Shown here piece by piece: positions 1 through 12,728 of a stretch of 64,000 nucleotides of DNA. Each line of letters starts with the position of its first letter. Position 1 is the stretch's first letter. The notes under the pieces were generated by a model. The model saw nothing but the letters and a program-made list of their open reading frames with translations. It was not told the DNA's origin and made no database searches. Source of the DNA: Thermoplasmatota archaeon (GTDB taxonomy: Archaea; Thermoplasmatota; Penumbrarchaeia; Penumbrarchaeales; Penumbrarchaeaceae); contig CBDDUX010000027.1 in assembly GCA_965234725.1 (NCBI GenBank), positions 1 to 64,000 on the forward strand. Direction: 5' to 3'. A program made the translations under genes and the position numbers.

Positions 1-125
1 GTACCGAAGGGCCAGCGTACCTGATTCCGATTTAAAAAGTTAGTGAAGTACTGAGATTGTAAAATACTCTTGGTGGGCTTTATAAGGTAAACATGTGAAT
101 CTGTTTTCAATCATCCGAGAGGACC

Positions 126-1373
126 TTACGCAGGTTTCTTCAATAGAACGATCCTGTTTGTATTGGTGCCCTTCGAGTTGTTGCTCACACCCCATATATT
201 GGATGTCTTTGTGAACTTGTGAGAGTTGATAAGGACCCCTGCACAATCGAATCCGGCCTCTATCCCTATCGGGACAATGCTTTCCTCCAATCTCACCTTT
301 CCATTCCTCACCTCTCCAACCTCGAATGCAACCCACCCCCCTTCTTTCGTTATCCTGAACAACTCCCTGAAAACGGATGCCATGTATCTCTCCCAATCCT
401 TCAGGGAGGATGACATGGTTATCTCCTTTTCTATCCTGTCCGCATCCAATCCGTTGAACCAGCACCTCAGCCAGTTGTCCGAAGAATACTGGACGATATT
501 AAGGAACGGAGGCGATGTCACCGTCAGATCCACGGAATCGTTTTCGATTGCGCAGGTTTTAGAGGCATCCTCCGTGAGGACGAACGAAGCATCCCTAACG
601 GTTGCTATATTTTCTCTGTCAATGTTGCCCAATCCCTTTAGCAGGCTCTTTGTCTTTCCGAGAATCAGCTTCTTCACATCCCTGTATTCCGGTTCCTGGC
701 CTCTCTTTTTATTGATCAATTTCTGCCTCTCTGGCCTAACAGCCTGGTTCGGAGGCAAGGTGTAAACCGAGAAGAATCCCTTCGAGTGGCCGGTGAGACG
801 GTTGGTTGCAACCATCCTGATCCACCTGTCGACCCTGTCCTCCGTTCCATCTTCCCTCCTCTGATTCAGGCAAGCCTGTAAAGATACCAGTTCACTCTCG
901 GTTTTTCCGTGATAGAACATGGAGAGATCTATATCCGCACTGTTTTCGTGATCCATCTCCAACATGCTCAGTCTATCGCCTACCTGGTGGATGGAAGGCG
1001 GATCGAATCTCGGCAGCGTAAGTATCGCCGAAAGCGGATTGATATCGTTGGAAACGGCTCTTCTCCCCCTTAGCACAGCTTCCACGGGAGTGGTACCCCT
1101 GCCGGCGAAGGGATCATACACCACGCCTCCCCCGGCCGTTAGCCTTTCTATGAAGAAGCGGGGGAGCTGGGGTTTGAAGCATGCCCTGTAGGAGACCTCA
1201 TGGAGAGAGTTTGCCTGTCTCTGCCGTGAGGTCCAGAACTGGTTGGTAAAATACCTGACCTCCTTGCTTGGAAATCGAACGATCTCAACGATCGTTTCCC
1301 TGCCCTCAACCGAATTCCTTTCCGGATAGGTGAAAGCGGAAAGCTCCTCCCAAAGGTCCTCCAAGCAGGTCAT
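126..1373 (-). CDS. Solitary DNA amino-methyltransferase (N4-C/N6-A family, alpha-like motif order)
   Basis: SAM-binding motif I YDPFAGRGTT lies near the N-terminus and catalytic motif IV TSPPF near the C-terminus. Start moved from 1463 to ATG 1373. Confidence 0.8.
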   Translation of the reverse strand: MTCLEDLWEELSAFTYPERNSVEGRETIVEIVRFPSKEVRYFTNQFWTSRQRQANSLHEVSYRACFKPQLPRFFIERLTAGGGVVYDPFAGRGTTPVEAVLRGRRAVSNDINPLSAILTLPRFDPPSIHQVGDRLSMLEMDHENSADIDLSMFYHGKTESELVSLQACLNQRREDGTEDRVDRWIRMVATNRLTGHSKGFFSVYTLPPNQAVRPERQKLINKKRGQEPEYRDVKKLILGKTKSLLKGLGNIDRENIATVRDASFVLTEDASKTCAIENDSVDLTVTSPPFLNIVQYSSDNWLRCWFNGLDADRIEKEITMSSSLKDWERYMASVFRELFRITKEGGWVAFEVGEVRNGKVRLEESIVPIGIEAGFDCAGVLINSHKFTKTSNIWGVSNNSKGTNTNRIVLLKKPA

Positions 1374-1474
1374 TTCATCCGGGAAGTGCTCCGATAAGAT
1401 AAAGTCCTTGCAGTATCCCTGACCAAAATCGTGAAATAAAACGACCATGATAGGACGTTCCAAGGTGAAAGATC

Positions 1475-2218
1475 ATGAAAGATGCCCTGGAGAAGCTTTC
1501 AACCATGGACCCTTCCGACAGCATGGAAGATACTTTGAAGACCATCATGAAGGTACTGGAAGGACTCCCCTCGGAAAAAGAGGGAAAGAGGAAAGCCCTT
1601 GATATCATCTCGGAGAAGGAGAAAGCTGTCAGGGATTACTACCTGAGACCTCTTGATTCAGATGAAGTCTATGTTACCCTGGCAGGGATCCATGATGAAC
1701 TTGGAAACAAAGAAATGGCAGGTCTATACCGAAGATGCATAGATATGAGGGAAGCAAGGAAATGCACGATAATGGGAGATTCCTACTCCCTGATGGGGAT
1801 CAATTCCAGAGCTGTTGAATATCTTCAAAAGGCCCTCGAATTAGGCCCGGCCGAGGATCTGGTGGATGAGATCGAAAGGACCCTGCTAAAGGCTGAAAAA
1901 AGAGTATCGAAGGCAAGGGATGAGGTAGATATTCTACTGATGAAATTGAAGAAGGACCCAACACACAACAAGAATCTTCTTAAGGCTGTATGCCACCTGA
2001 TAGACCTCGATCGCTTCGACCAGGCATTGGAGATGGCTGATTCTGGATTGAAGGTCTACAATGACGATCCGGACCTTTTATTCAGAAAGGGATGCGCATA
2101 TTTCGGGAAGAATGACAGAGACAGTGCGATGGAGATATTTGGTCCCCTTTTAATCACCAATCCAAGTTCTAATAATTACAAAAGAGCTGTGAACCTCTGT
2201 AGGGACCTACCTCAGTGA
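1475..2218 (+). CDS. Tetratricopeptide repeat (TPR) protein
   Basis: TPR-like helices (AVEYLQKALELGP; DPDLLFRKGCAYF). SD AAGGTGA precedes the ATG. Confidence 0.7.
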   Translation: MKDALEKLSTMDPSDSMEDTLKTIMKVLEGLPSEKEGKRKALDIISEKEKAVRDYYLRPLDSDEVYVTLAGIHDELGNKEMAGLYRRCIDMREARKCTIMGDSYSLMGINSRAVEYLQKALELGPAEDLVDEIERTLLKAEKRVSKARDEVDILLMKLKKDPTHNKNLLKAVCHLIDLDRFDQALEMADSGLKVYNDDPDLLFRKGCAYFGKNDRDSAMEIFGPLLITNPSSNNYKRAVNLCRDLPQ

Positions 2219-5200
2219 TCAGGACTTCCTGGCCTGATAACCTGCTTTCTTTGCAAGTAGAATTGCCTTTTTGTATTCTCTTAGTGAGAATGCTTCCTTG
2301 GCATTATTGTAGACCCTGTATGCAGGGGTCACGTTGGCACCTTCCCTCTTTCTTGTGAGGATCTCCACATGGGCATTGTTCAGTTCGTCGAAGGCGCTGT
2401 CCCTCAATGATTGCTGATCGATCTCCGCAAGCATGATCCTGGCAAGGGTGATCATCTGTCTTCCCCTATCGAAATCATCTTTTTCGAAATGTTCCTGGGC
2501 TTTTTGGTAGAGCATGGTGACCTTGGAGGTGTCCATGCCCTTTTCTTTGAGCTCCCTTATACCGATCTGTACATTTCGTGATATCTCTGTTGCCTGGGAT
2601 GATCTGAATACGTAGAAGAACTGCTTGATGTTCTGTATGTCCAGTTTTTCAACCTGTGTCCGAGCCTCCTCAGCTTCGGTCCTGGCGGCTTTGAACTTCT
2701 TCTCCCTGAACATGTTGCGGGCCTTGTCAAGATGTATTTCGGCTGGACCCAACTTCTGGGAGACACCCGAGAAATTATCCAGGATATAGTGTATCATGGC
2801 GTCTACGAATTCAATGGTCTCCAGAGATGTCTCTCTCATATTCCTGCGGACAATCTCCTTTACCGATTCCCTGACATTTTCTATGAGCTTTTCCGCATTG
2901 TCCACTTTACCGTCCAGTAGTGCTGTTTCAGCTCTGGATAGAAGCTTCTCTGCATTGGATACATTCGAACCAAGTGTCTTCAACCTTGTGAGCATCTGTC
3001 TGACAGATGAAACCTCATTTTTCAGAATTCCTTCGGTTTCGTCCAGTTTCGTCTTTTCCACAGCATCAATAACCTTTATAGCTTCAATATCAGCAGCAAA
3101 TGGATCGCCGCTTCTCATCAGGTCAGCGGCTTTTCTGATCAAACCTCTAAGCTCCTCGGAAGTTCCCTCTTTCTTTTCCAGTTCCTTGAGTCCCAATCTG
3201 GCATCTGTCAGATGTTTCTTGACAAGTGCTTCCATGTGTGGTCCGGAATCTTTCATTATCAGGATCTCGATCCCTTCTATAATACCCGAGAGCTTTTCGA
3301 CCTCCATGGTATCATCAGATATCAACAACCTGGCCGAATCAAGTTCCTTTTCAATCCTGGGGATCTTCTTCATACCAACGGATCTAAGGTCATCATACAA
3401 TGTTCCTTGTTTATTCAATCTCTCACGGAGATAGTCGATCTCCCTGATGGTCCTTATCTCTTCACCTAATTCCAGTATTGAACTGAACTTCACTACCGCC
3501 TTTTCATCCTCTCCCGCTGCATGGAGTTCAAGTCCTTCTTCGTAGATATTAACCAGATCCGAGATGTCAATTCCATTTCCTCTCAGTTCTTCCAGATACC
3601 TCTCGATCTGTTGAATATATCCCTCAGCGGTTGTTGCCTGGAATGAGTTCATCTTCGCATTTGCACCTATAAGTGCGGTTTCTAGATAGGAGGTTCCTTC
3701 AGATCTTCTTCCCTCCTCGAATGCCGCTTGTGCTGTGTTCATGATGAATTCCTCATCCTCTGTGGGTATTCCCATCTTCTGAAGATGTATCAGCTGTTCC
3801 TTCAATTCATCCTGAACCTTTCGATAATCCTCTTCTTCATGAACCCTATACGCTTCATCCAGAGTGACATTTCCTTTGGAGATCTCTTCCTGGGCTCTCT
3901 CAACATCTCCCCTCTCGAAGAGATCTGTTGCCCTGGAAAGATGAACCTGGGCCCTTGTTGTATCTATCCTCTTCGAATTTGCTTCCACCATCCTACCTCG
4001 AAGCTCCGAAAGGTCTCTCTGCACCTTCTGGACGAGGTATGGTCCCTGGTTCCGATGTAGAGTGTTCTGGAGTCTCTGGTTAATCTCATCGCAGAGGTCC
4101 AGGTCCCCTCTCCTGAGGGCATCCTTCAATTGTTCTATAAGTTTCGTTTCGAATGAGGTATCGATACCCATGTTCTTCATGTTCTCCAAAAGGATCTCGG
4201 TGGTCTGAATTGAGGATTCCATGAGTCTCCTCTTCATCTGGACCCTTTTTTCCTGAAGTCCTACCTTGATCCCTTCAAGAATGTGCTCAGCTTGATCGAA
4301 ATCACCAGCAGTCAGAACATCCCCTGCAATGGAGAAGAGGCGTTTCTCCTCTTCGATATCTATGTTCTCAGCCTCAGCAACGGAGAGTAGGGTCTTTACC
4401 TCATCATAGTAAGTTTGGACAACTTCCCTTCTTTTTGAGAACTCCTTCTCATCCATGGAATGTTCCATGAACTTCATGATCTTATCCATGAGCTGGCTTG
4501 ATGATCTGTAATCTCCTCTTTCGAATGCATCCCTTGCCATGTTCATATTGTCTTTAGAGAGATCCAGCTCATTATCCATCCCCTTTGCCTCGGTCATCAG
4601 CTTTTCGACCATTTCCATGTTCTCTACGTACTTGTTCTTGTAGAATTCCTCTTTCTTCTCCTCGATATCTGTCTGGACCTTCTCGATGGTTTCCAGAGCC
4701 TGATCGTAGTTCTCATTATTGAAAAGCTCCTCTGCTTCAGAAAGGAGTATGGAGATATCATCCAATTCCAGTCCTTCCTCAAGGGCTTTGTTAAACTCTC
4801 CTCTTACATCAACAAGGGTTTCGGGAATGGTGAGCGTGATGTGAGACCTATAGATCTCACCTGCTATCTCCTCTGCTTTCTTAAGATTGTCAAGGGTTGT
4901 GATCAGGTCTCCATTGGATTGAGATTGTGTAGCTTCATTTAGATAAGAACTTGCCAGGTCCGTTTCAAGACCCATTCCTTCCAACTTACCGATCCTGTTG
5001 ACCTGTTCTTCGATCCTTTTTGGAATATCTTCATTCAGATATGACCCTTTTGAGAAATTGAGATGCTCTTTGATATCCAGGGCCATGGAATATGATTTCT
5101 CATATTCCTCCTCCATGAACAATCTCTCGGCTTCTATTAGAAGTGTTTCAGCTTCCACGGTATTGATCCCAAGATCGTTCAACTGTCCTATCTCTCTCTT

Positions 5201-7465
5201 AAGGTCTGAAATTGCATCCATGGTCCCGGTGGAATAATAATCGTTCCTTCTGTTGTCTATTATCTCCTTTGCTTCGAAGACCTTGGCGTTGACCTCATCG
5301 TATTTGCCCTTTTTGAACAGTGTTTCGGCCTCATCCAGGAATGAGCTGGCATCCTCGATATCAAGTCCCAGTCCTGTTGATTCATCAAAGAAGTCCTTCA
5401 ATCCGTTGAGGTCTTCCCTGAGATTCTCCCTTTTCTTCTCCATCCATTTTTCCTTTACCGAGGACTCCACGAGGGAGGCCAATTCCTTGGAACCGGAAAC
5501 ATCACCTGTCTCCAGGAGGGTCTTTGCCTCGGTAAGCATCCTTGATTGTTCAGAAACATCGACCCCTGATCTATTTGCTTCCTCGAATAGGAATTCAGCA
5601 GAGTTGATAAGTGCTTCTGCCTCCTCGATCTCTCTGGATGACTCTATTTCCTCGATCTGAGTGGTTAGGTCCCTTAGGATCTGGCCAGAATCAAGGTAAT
5701 TCCTTTCTCTGTAATATCGTCCAGCTTCCTGGATCTTCTGTTTAAAAGTGGAATCGATCTCCTCATCTAGGTCCAATTCCTCAATTGAACCCTGGATCCT
5801 TTTTACCCATTCCCCATAGTTCTCCTTGAAATATCCCGACATCTCTTTGTCAAGGTTCTCATGGATCGTTGTGATCTTTGCCTTGTAATCCGTTTCTTCA
5901 AGATCTCCTAATGTATCTTCCAATTCCTGGATCTCCTTCATGAAACCTTCTTTGCGGTCATCCCCAAGGTCCATTTGTTCGATCACCGAGATGAACTCAT
6001 CTCTGGCCTCATTGAAATCGTGTTTTCTCAGGGCGACGATCCTATCCTTGATCATCCCCTCAGCCTTGTCCATCTCTTCCAGGATGGGGTCGATCTTCAG
6101 ATCTTCACCCAGGAAAAGTTTCTCGATCGAGATCAGCTCCTCCTTCACATCCTCCATTTCCGTATTCTCAACAATGAGTTCCTCAACATTACTCAATAGG
6201 TCCATATGCCTGGCTTTTGCTCTTTCAAGGACCATCTCTCCATCAGCTTGACCGAAGAGGGATTCGGCAAGTGAAAGATATTCCATTGCCTCGGTAATAT
6301 TTCTATCATCCAAGGCCTTGTTAACATGACCCCTAAGATCGAGTATTTTTTCTTTATCATCATTGCTCAGGTAGGTGGTCTTTTCGAGATCGTTGTCCAT
6401 AGCTTCTAATCTCTGCCTTACCTGGCCTTCGAAGTTATCATAGAGGACCCCTTTTACATTCTCGAGGACAGAACCGCTCTCTTCCATGAACTTCTTAGGA
6501 GAGATCGTTGTCAATTCATCCTTGAGATCGTCCAATCTCTTTTCCTGCTCCTTGAGGTCTATGATCGAACCATATTCTTCAATAAGGTCCCTTGCGTTCA
6601 GAATTGAGACATTTGCTTTTCTTCGGAAGAATTCCTTCTCGGTCCGGGCCATGTTCTTGGTGATCCTATTAAGTGTGGATTGGGCTTCTGTTGTCTTTGA
6701 AGGGTCCAGACCTTTCTCCAAACGTTTAAGGTCGTTTTCAAGGGACTTCTGTCCTATTCCGTATTTGGAGAATTCCTCCATTGTGGCCATTAGGTCGGAG
6801 ATCTCCTTCTTGATCGCTTTGAAGCGGTCTTTCCCAAGATCATCACCTAGCTCCGTCTGGACCGCAGTGTAGAGTATATTGCAGAATACAAGTATGTTTT
6901 TCAGGTCACCTTTCTTGATGAAATTGATTATCTTTTTGTAATATTTTTTAGTCTGGGTAAGGTCCTTTCCAGTGGTTACTGCTTTCTCGAAGGAATCCAG
7001 AGCCTTATCAAATGACGAAAATACCTCTGGTGAAAGTGAGTCTGGATGTTTTTCGAACAATACTTCCATATCGTTTTTTATCGCTTCGATAGCTTTCAGA
7101 TCCTTCTTGTCAAGATGTTTACCGGTTCCGATCTTTTCCAATTTTGATCTGATCTTTTTGGCATCTGTTCCATATTCCTCTATTTCACCAATTGAAAGTC
7201 TTAAAATTTCGATCATAAGGGAGATCTTCTTGTCATTCCAGTCGTTGCGACCCTTATTTTTTAAAATTTCAAGTTCTCTCAGGGTTGCAAGGGCTTTCTC
7301 CTCATCCGTTTTTATCAATTTCTTGTAAGTTTCGAGGAGTTTTTTCAAGTCCTTGACTGGCTGGTCAAGATTTTTCACTTCCTGGATCCATCCTTCGATC
7401 TCCATAGGGTCGGTCAGCCCCTTCTCGACGGCATCCTTCTTTACTTTTTTCTTACCCTTAGCCAC
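2219..7465 (-). CDS. Giant (~1750 aa) acidic alpha-helical repeat / coiled-coil protein
   Basis: Long ORF rich in E/K/L/D with a recurring motif like L..L...G.D...A...L..A...F..GDY..A and no TM segment. GTG 7465 follows SD AGGTGAGGG. Confidence 0.75.
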   Translation of the reverse strand: MAKGKKKVKKDAVEKGLTDPMEIEGWIQEVKNLDQPVKDLKKLLETYKKLIKTDEEKALATLRELEILKNKGRNDWNDKKISLMIEILRLSIGEIEEYGTDAKKIRSKLEKIGTGKHLDKKDLKAIEAIKNDMEVLFEKHPDSLSPEVFSSFDKALDSFEKAVTTGKDLTQTKKYYKKIINFIKKGDLKNILVFCNILYTAVQTELGDDLGKDRFKAIKKEISDLMATMEEFSKYGIGQKSLENDLKRLEKGLDPSKTTEAQSTLNRITKNMARTEKEFFRRKANVSILNARDLIEEYGSIIDLKEQEKRLDDLKDELTTISPKKFMEESGSVLENVKGVLYDNFEGQVRQRLEAMDNDLEKTTYLSNDDKEKILDLRGHVNKALDDRNITEAMEYLSLAESLFGQADGEMVLERAKARHMDLLSNVEELIVENTEMEDVKEELISIEKLFLGEDLKIDPILEEMDKAEGMIKDRIVALRKHDFNEARDEFISVIEQMDLGDDRKEGFMKEIQELEDTLGDLEETDYKAKITTIHENLDKEMSGYFKENYGEWVKRIQGSIEELDLDEEIDSTFKQKIQEAGRYYRERNYLDSGQILRDLTTQIEEIESSREIEEAEALINSAEFLFEEANRSGVDVSEQSRMLTEAKTLLETGDVSGSKELASLVESSVKEKWMEKKRENLREDLNGLKDFFDESTGLGLDIEDASSFLDEAETLFKKGKYDEVNAKVFEAKEIIDNRRNDYYSTGTMDAISDLKREIGQLNDLGINTVEAETLLIEAERLFMEEEYEKSYSMALDIKEHLNFSKGSYLNEDIPKRIEEQVNRIGKLEGMGLETDLASSYLNEATQSQSNGDLITTLDNLKKAEEIAGEIYRSHITLTIPETLVDVRGEFNKALEEGLELDDISILLSEAEELFNNENYDQALETIEKVQTDIEEKKEEFYKNKYVENMEMVEKLMTEAKGMDNELDLSKDNMNMARDAFERGDYRSSSQLMDKIMKFMEHSMDEKEFSKRREVVQTYYDEVKTLLSVAEAENIDIEEEKRLFSIAGDVLTAGDFDQAEHILEGIKVGLQEKRVQMKRRLMESSIQTTEILLENMKNMGIDTSFETKLIEQLKDALRRGDLDLCDEINQRLQNTLHRNQGPYLVQKVQRDLSELRGRMVEANSKRIDTTRAQVHLSRATDLFERGDVERAQEEISKGNVTLDEAYRVHEEEDYRKVQDELKEQLIHLQKMGIPTEDEEFIMNTAQAAFEEGRRSEGTSYLETALIGANAKMNSFQATTAEGYIQQIERYLEELRGNGIDISDLVNIYEEGLELHAAGEDEKAVVKFSSILELGEEIRTIREIDYLRERLNKQGTLYDDLRSVGMKKIPRIEKELDSARLLISDDTMEVEKLSGIIEGIEILIMKDSGPHMEALVKKHLTDARLGLKELEKKEGTSEELRGLIRKAADLMRSGDPFAADIEAIKVIDAVEKTKLDETEGILKNEVSSVRQMLTRLKTLGSNVSNAEKLLSRAETALLDGKVDNAEKLIENVRESVKEIVRRNMRETSLETIEFVDAMIHYILDNFSGVSQKLGPAEIHLDKARNMFREKKFKAARTEAEEARTQVEKLDIQNIKQFFYVFRSSQATEISRNVQIGIRELKEKGMDTSKVTMLYQKAQEHFEKDDFDRGRQMITLARIMLAEIDQQSLRDSAFDELNNAHVEILTRKREGANVTPAYRVYNNAKEAFSLREYKKAILLAKKAGYQARKS

Positions 7466-7597
7466 TATATATCCCTCACCTGCATCAGATATTAAATGCC
7501 CACACCTCTTTTCCGGCGCCAAATGACCGATTCTTGAAGGAATAAAGACCCACATATTAATTAATATGTCTTCTAGATTTTCAACAGAGGGAAATCA

Positions 7598-8545
7598 TCA
7601 TTTTTCTTCATTCCCCCGTCTGAAAAATTTTGTAAGACCCTTGAAGGGACCACCAGATCTTACCCGGCTTTCGGTTGTAGAGGGAGAGGAGATGTCAATG
7701 TTTTGTACAATTTGATCCTGAGCTAATACATTTGGATCTTTTTTATCCAGTCCTCCATCATTATTGTCCTTCACAGTACCCTTCCTTCTGATGATCATCC
7801 TTCTCCTGACAAAGAGCTGAGGATGTACATTTGATTGTATATTCTCCGGTTGATGGTGAGCATTTGAGCCTGGGATGGAATTGTTGGGAGGAGGCAATTC
7901 TTCAACCTCGATCTCCTGGTTCGTGATCTTCTGGTCATCCGGATAGTTTTGCCTGAGTGGTGTTTCAATAGGCGATACAGGAGGTGATGGAATGACAAGG
8001 GAAGCCATATCTCTGGGAGCAGCATCTTCTATACTGTTTTGTTCCAAAGAGGGTTCTTTTATTTCCGATATATCGTTCTGTTTCTCCTCAGCTTCCTTTG
8101 ATAGCTTTTCCTTCTTCTCCAGCTCGTATTTTCTTCTTTTAAGTTTATTCTCGAGCTGGATGACATTTGCTATCTTCATTGTAAGGTCGGGAGATGTCGG
8201 GATCTTCCCTGCTGGGAGCTTCGGTGCTTCTTTTCTCTCCTCACTCTCATCCTCCATTCCGAATGGGGAGCCATTTGGAATTTTCCTGGTCTCTTTTTCT
8301 CTGGGTTTAATTTCATTTGAATTAATAAATTCATTATCTGGTCTCTTTTTTGGGACACCATCTGCCGTGTCCTTGAACGATCGTTCATTGGTCCGATGAT
8401 TTTGTTGATTATCAGAATTTTGATTTGGTTTTGAGACTGGAGATTCCCTGACAATATCCTCCTTCATTTTGAGAAGATCGAGCTGGATCGAATCATGCTG
8501 ATCGAGCCAGTCCATTTTTACCCTCTTGTCCTTCTCTTCGGTCAT
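7598..8545 (-). CDS. Hypothetical, largely disordered protein
   Basis: 315-aa ORF rich in P/N/E/K/S. SD AGGTGA upstream; co-oriented between the ATPase and the giant helical protein. Confidence 0.6.
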   Translation of the reverse strand: MTEEKDKRVKMDWLDQHDSIQLDLLKMKEDIVRESPVSKPNQNSDNQQNHRTNERSFKDTADGVPKKRPDNEFINSNEIKPREKETRKIPNGSPFGMEDESEERKEAPKLPAGKIPTSPDLTMKIANVIQLENKLKRRKYELEKKEKLSKEAEEKQNDISEIKEPSLEQNSIEDAAPRDMASLVIPSPPVSPIETPLRQNYPDDQKITNQEIEVEELPPPNNSIPGSNAHHQPENIQSNVHPQLFVRRRMIIRRKGTVKDNNDGGLDKKDPNVLAQDQIVQNIDISSPSTTESRVRSGGPFKGLTKFFRRGNEEK

Positions 8546-8566
8546 ATCCCTTTTTCACCTTTGTGA

Positions 8567-9250
8567 TCATTCGAAAATTGGTCCAAGTACGCAGATCTTG
8601 CCCATCCTTAGATCCAAGGCATGAAGCTCCATAGAGTGTTCACATGATCTCATCTTCTCCACCTGGAGGTACCTACTAAGCCGTCCCTGGCGTCTCACCA
8701 GGCCCAGATAAATGATACCATCTGCTAAGAAACCCTCATTGCCAAGAAGATGGGGATCACCCTCCGGGGACCTTTCCATGATGATGTAACTGTAGAGGTT
8801 CAGATCTCTGAGGAGCTGGAAGAAATGATACATCTTCTTTCTCATATTTTCTTCACCGTCCATAAGAGAATATAATGCTCCAAGAGAATCCAGTGCAAAG
8901 CAAGTGAACTTCTCTCCCTTCACTTTCTTGAAATGTCTGAGCATCTTCTCCATGAACTTGAGATAGTCCACTTCTTCTCCATCCTGTCGGATGTCAGTGA
9001 AGTCGGTTATCTGCAGATTCAAACAGAGGTTGATCCCCAGATTCTCCATGTTGGAAAGATGTGATGAGACCGATTCCTCGAGTGTTGTATAGACACCGAA
9101 CTCATTGGTATCCGATAGATAGCTGGTTAGAAGAGTATAGATGAAGCTTGATTTCATCGATCCCGGTGGTCCGGTCACTAGGGTCACTTTCGGCCTTCGG
9201 ATATCATCTTTGAAGACTTTGTCAAGCCCTGTTACAGTATTTTTAAACAA
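8567..9250 (-). CDS. RAD55/KaiC-like RecA-superfamily ATPase (single domain)
   Basis: TGLD N-terminal motif, degenerate Walker A GPPGSMKSS, TLEES, Walker B FALDS, ADGII, VEKMR. TTG 9250 follows an AGGGGG SD. Confidence 0.85.
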   Translation of the reverse strand: MFKNTVTGLDKVFKDDIRRPKVTLVTGPPGSMKSSFIYTLLTSYLSDTNEFGVYTTLEESVSSHLSNMENLGINLCLNLQITDFTDIRQDGEEVDYLKFMEKMLRHFKKVKGEKFTCFALDSLGALYSLMDGEENMRKKMYHFFQLLRDLNLYSYIIMERSPEGDPHLLGNEGFLADGIIYLGLVRRQGRLSRYLQVEKMRSCEHSMELHALDLRMGKICVLGPIFE

Positions 9251-9458
9251 TACCGTTCCCCCTTTTACTAACAACTGGCATATGCGCTCCCGTTTGTATC
9301 ACCTATTCTTGATATAACCATTGCGTTGTCATTATTATCTATAGATAAAGTTGGTTCATTAGAGAAAAAATAAAAATATCCGATCATTCCAGACACTTGG
9401 TTGAAGGGACGGTCCGATTATTATCCAACCATTTCATCCCTTCGACATGTAGAAATAA

Positions 9459-11472
<2,014 letters not shown>

Positions 11473-11485
<13 letters not shown>

Positions 11486-12066
11486 GTTCTGAGTTTGAAT
11501 GACCTGCCATGACCTGGGATGTAAAGGGCCGAACCAGAATTGAGGGCTTCTGTCCTACTTTTTAAAAGCATTATCGGGTCAGAGGCAAACTCATCTGGTA
11601 GATTGAGGAGATTATATCTGTTCATTTCGATCTCTCTGTCCTCCTCCCACCAGAAGAGGTCGCCGCAGATCATTACACGACCCTCCTTGGTTTCGGTAAT
11701 AAGTGAAGAATGGTCGTAAGTATGCCCTGGGGTGGGAATTATCCGAATATCTGTTCCTGGTATCCTTCCATTATGAGGTATTATAGAAGTTTCCTGGTGG
11801 ACATAGTTGATATCCACGATTTCAGCAAAGGGGAAGAGTGCAAGGTTCTTTATGTGGTCCAGATGCGTATGGGTAATGAAGATCGTATCAATTTCCTCAG
11901 GCCATATCGACTTTCTCTCCAGGATCTCTAGAAGTTTCGGATGGTTCCCCGGATCAACAAGGACCTTCTTCTTTCCTGTGTCAAGTACAACGGTGTTCGG
12001 GACCGCATCCCAGATAGATCCATCCTTTTTTGCCCAACCCTCGATAATATTCCTAACGGTGGACAT
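11473..12066 (-). CDS. Metallo-beta-lactamase fold hydrolase
   Basis: Motifs LVDPG, THTHLDH, TPGHT, GDLF and IPGHG. Confidence 0.9.
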
Positions 12067-12125
12067 TGCCTTTCAAGTTGAGGTTCAATAGATAATGGTT
12101 CCCCTATTATTCGACCAATTTGAAC

Positions 12126-12728
12126 CTAACATTTAACCACGGTTGCTCTTTTCGATACTATACATTCCTGGTTTTTGACCTCCACATCAAGAACCGAGAA
12201 AATGGGGAATCCGAATTCCTCCGATAGGAGATCCATCCCATCTCCCATTTTATTAAAAAGAATGACCGCGCCAGCTATATTGATCCCAGTGGACCTCACA
12301 CCTTTTACTAGGGACCTCAGGGTCCCTCCGGTTGAGAGTACATCATCAATTATGACCAAATTCCCTGCTGTTGTTGGCAGGTTTAAGAAAAGGTCTGAGG
12401 AGGAATAACCGGTCCTTTGGAGGACCTCTACCTCTCCCTGCATCCCATACCTTCTTTTCCTTGCGATACTGAATGGTATTTTTAGCCCCAGGGAGACCGC
12501 GGAGGTTATTGGTATGCCCATGGATTCCGCAGTGAGGAGAAGGTCGACCTTATCAATGGTTCCGATCAAATCGCATACCAGTCCAGATAAATTCTCTAAC
12601 ATTCCTGGATCTATGCTCGGAATGCCATCGGACAGTGGATGGACGAAGTAACTGTATCCGTTCTTGTCGATTATCGTTATATCATCGAATGAACGATAAA
12701 GTTCCAATAGACGACTATCCTCATTCAT
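12126..12728 (-). CDS. hpt: Archaeal hypoxanthine/guanine (APRT-like) phosphoribosyltransferase
   Basis: YSYFVHPLSDGIP N-terminus, ARKR and PRPP-binding IIDDVLSTGGT. ATG 12728 follows GGAGGTGA. Confidence 0.8.
   Translation of the reverse strand: MNEDSRLLELYRSFDDITIIDKNGYSYFVHPLSDGIPSIDPGMLENLSGLVCDLIGTIDKVDLLLTAESMGIPITSAVSLGLKIPFSIARKRRYGMQGEVEVLQRTGYSSSDLFLNLPTTAGNLVIIDDVLSTGGTLRSLVKGVRSTGINIAGAVILFNKMGDGMDLLSEEFGFPIFSVLDVEVKNQECIVSKRATVVKC

Noticed and set aside
1-45. Possible RNA gene starting on the minus strand (TTTAAA box then GGCCCTTCGGTAC)
   Set aside because: It runs off the window edge, leaving too little sequence to classify.
2219-7465. SMC/Rad50 chromosome segregation ATPase
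   Set aside because: No Walker A/B, signature motif or hinge/hook is visible.
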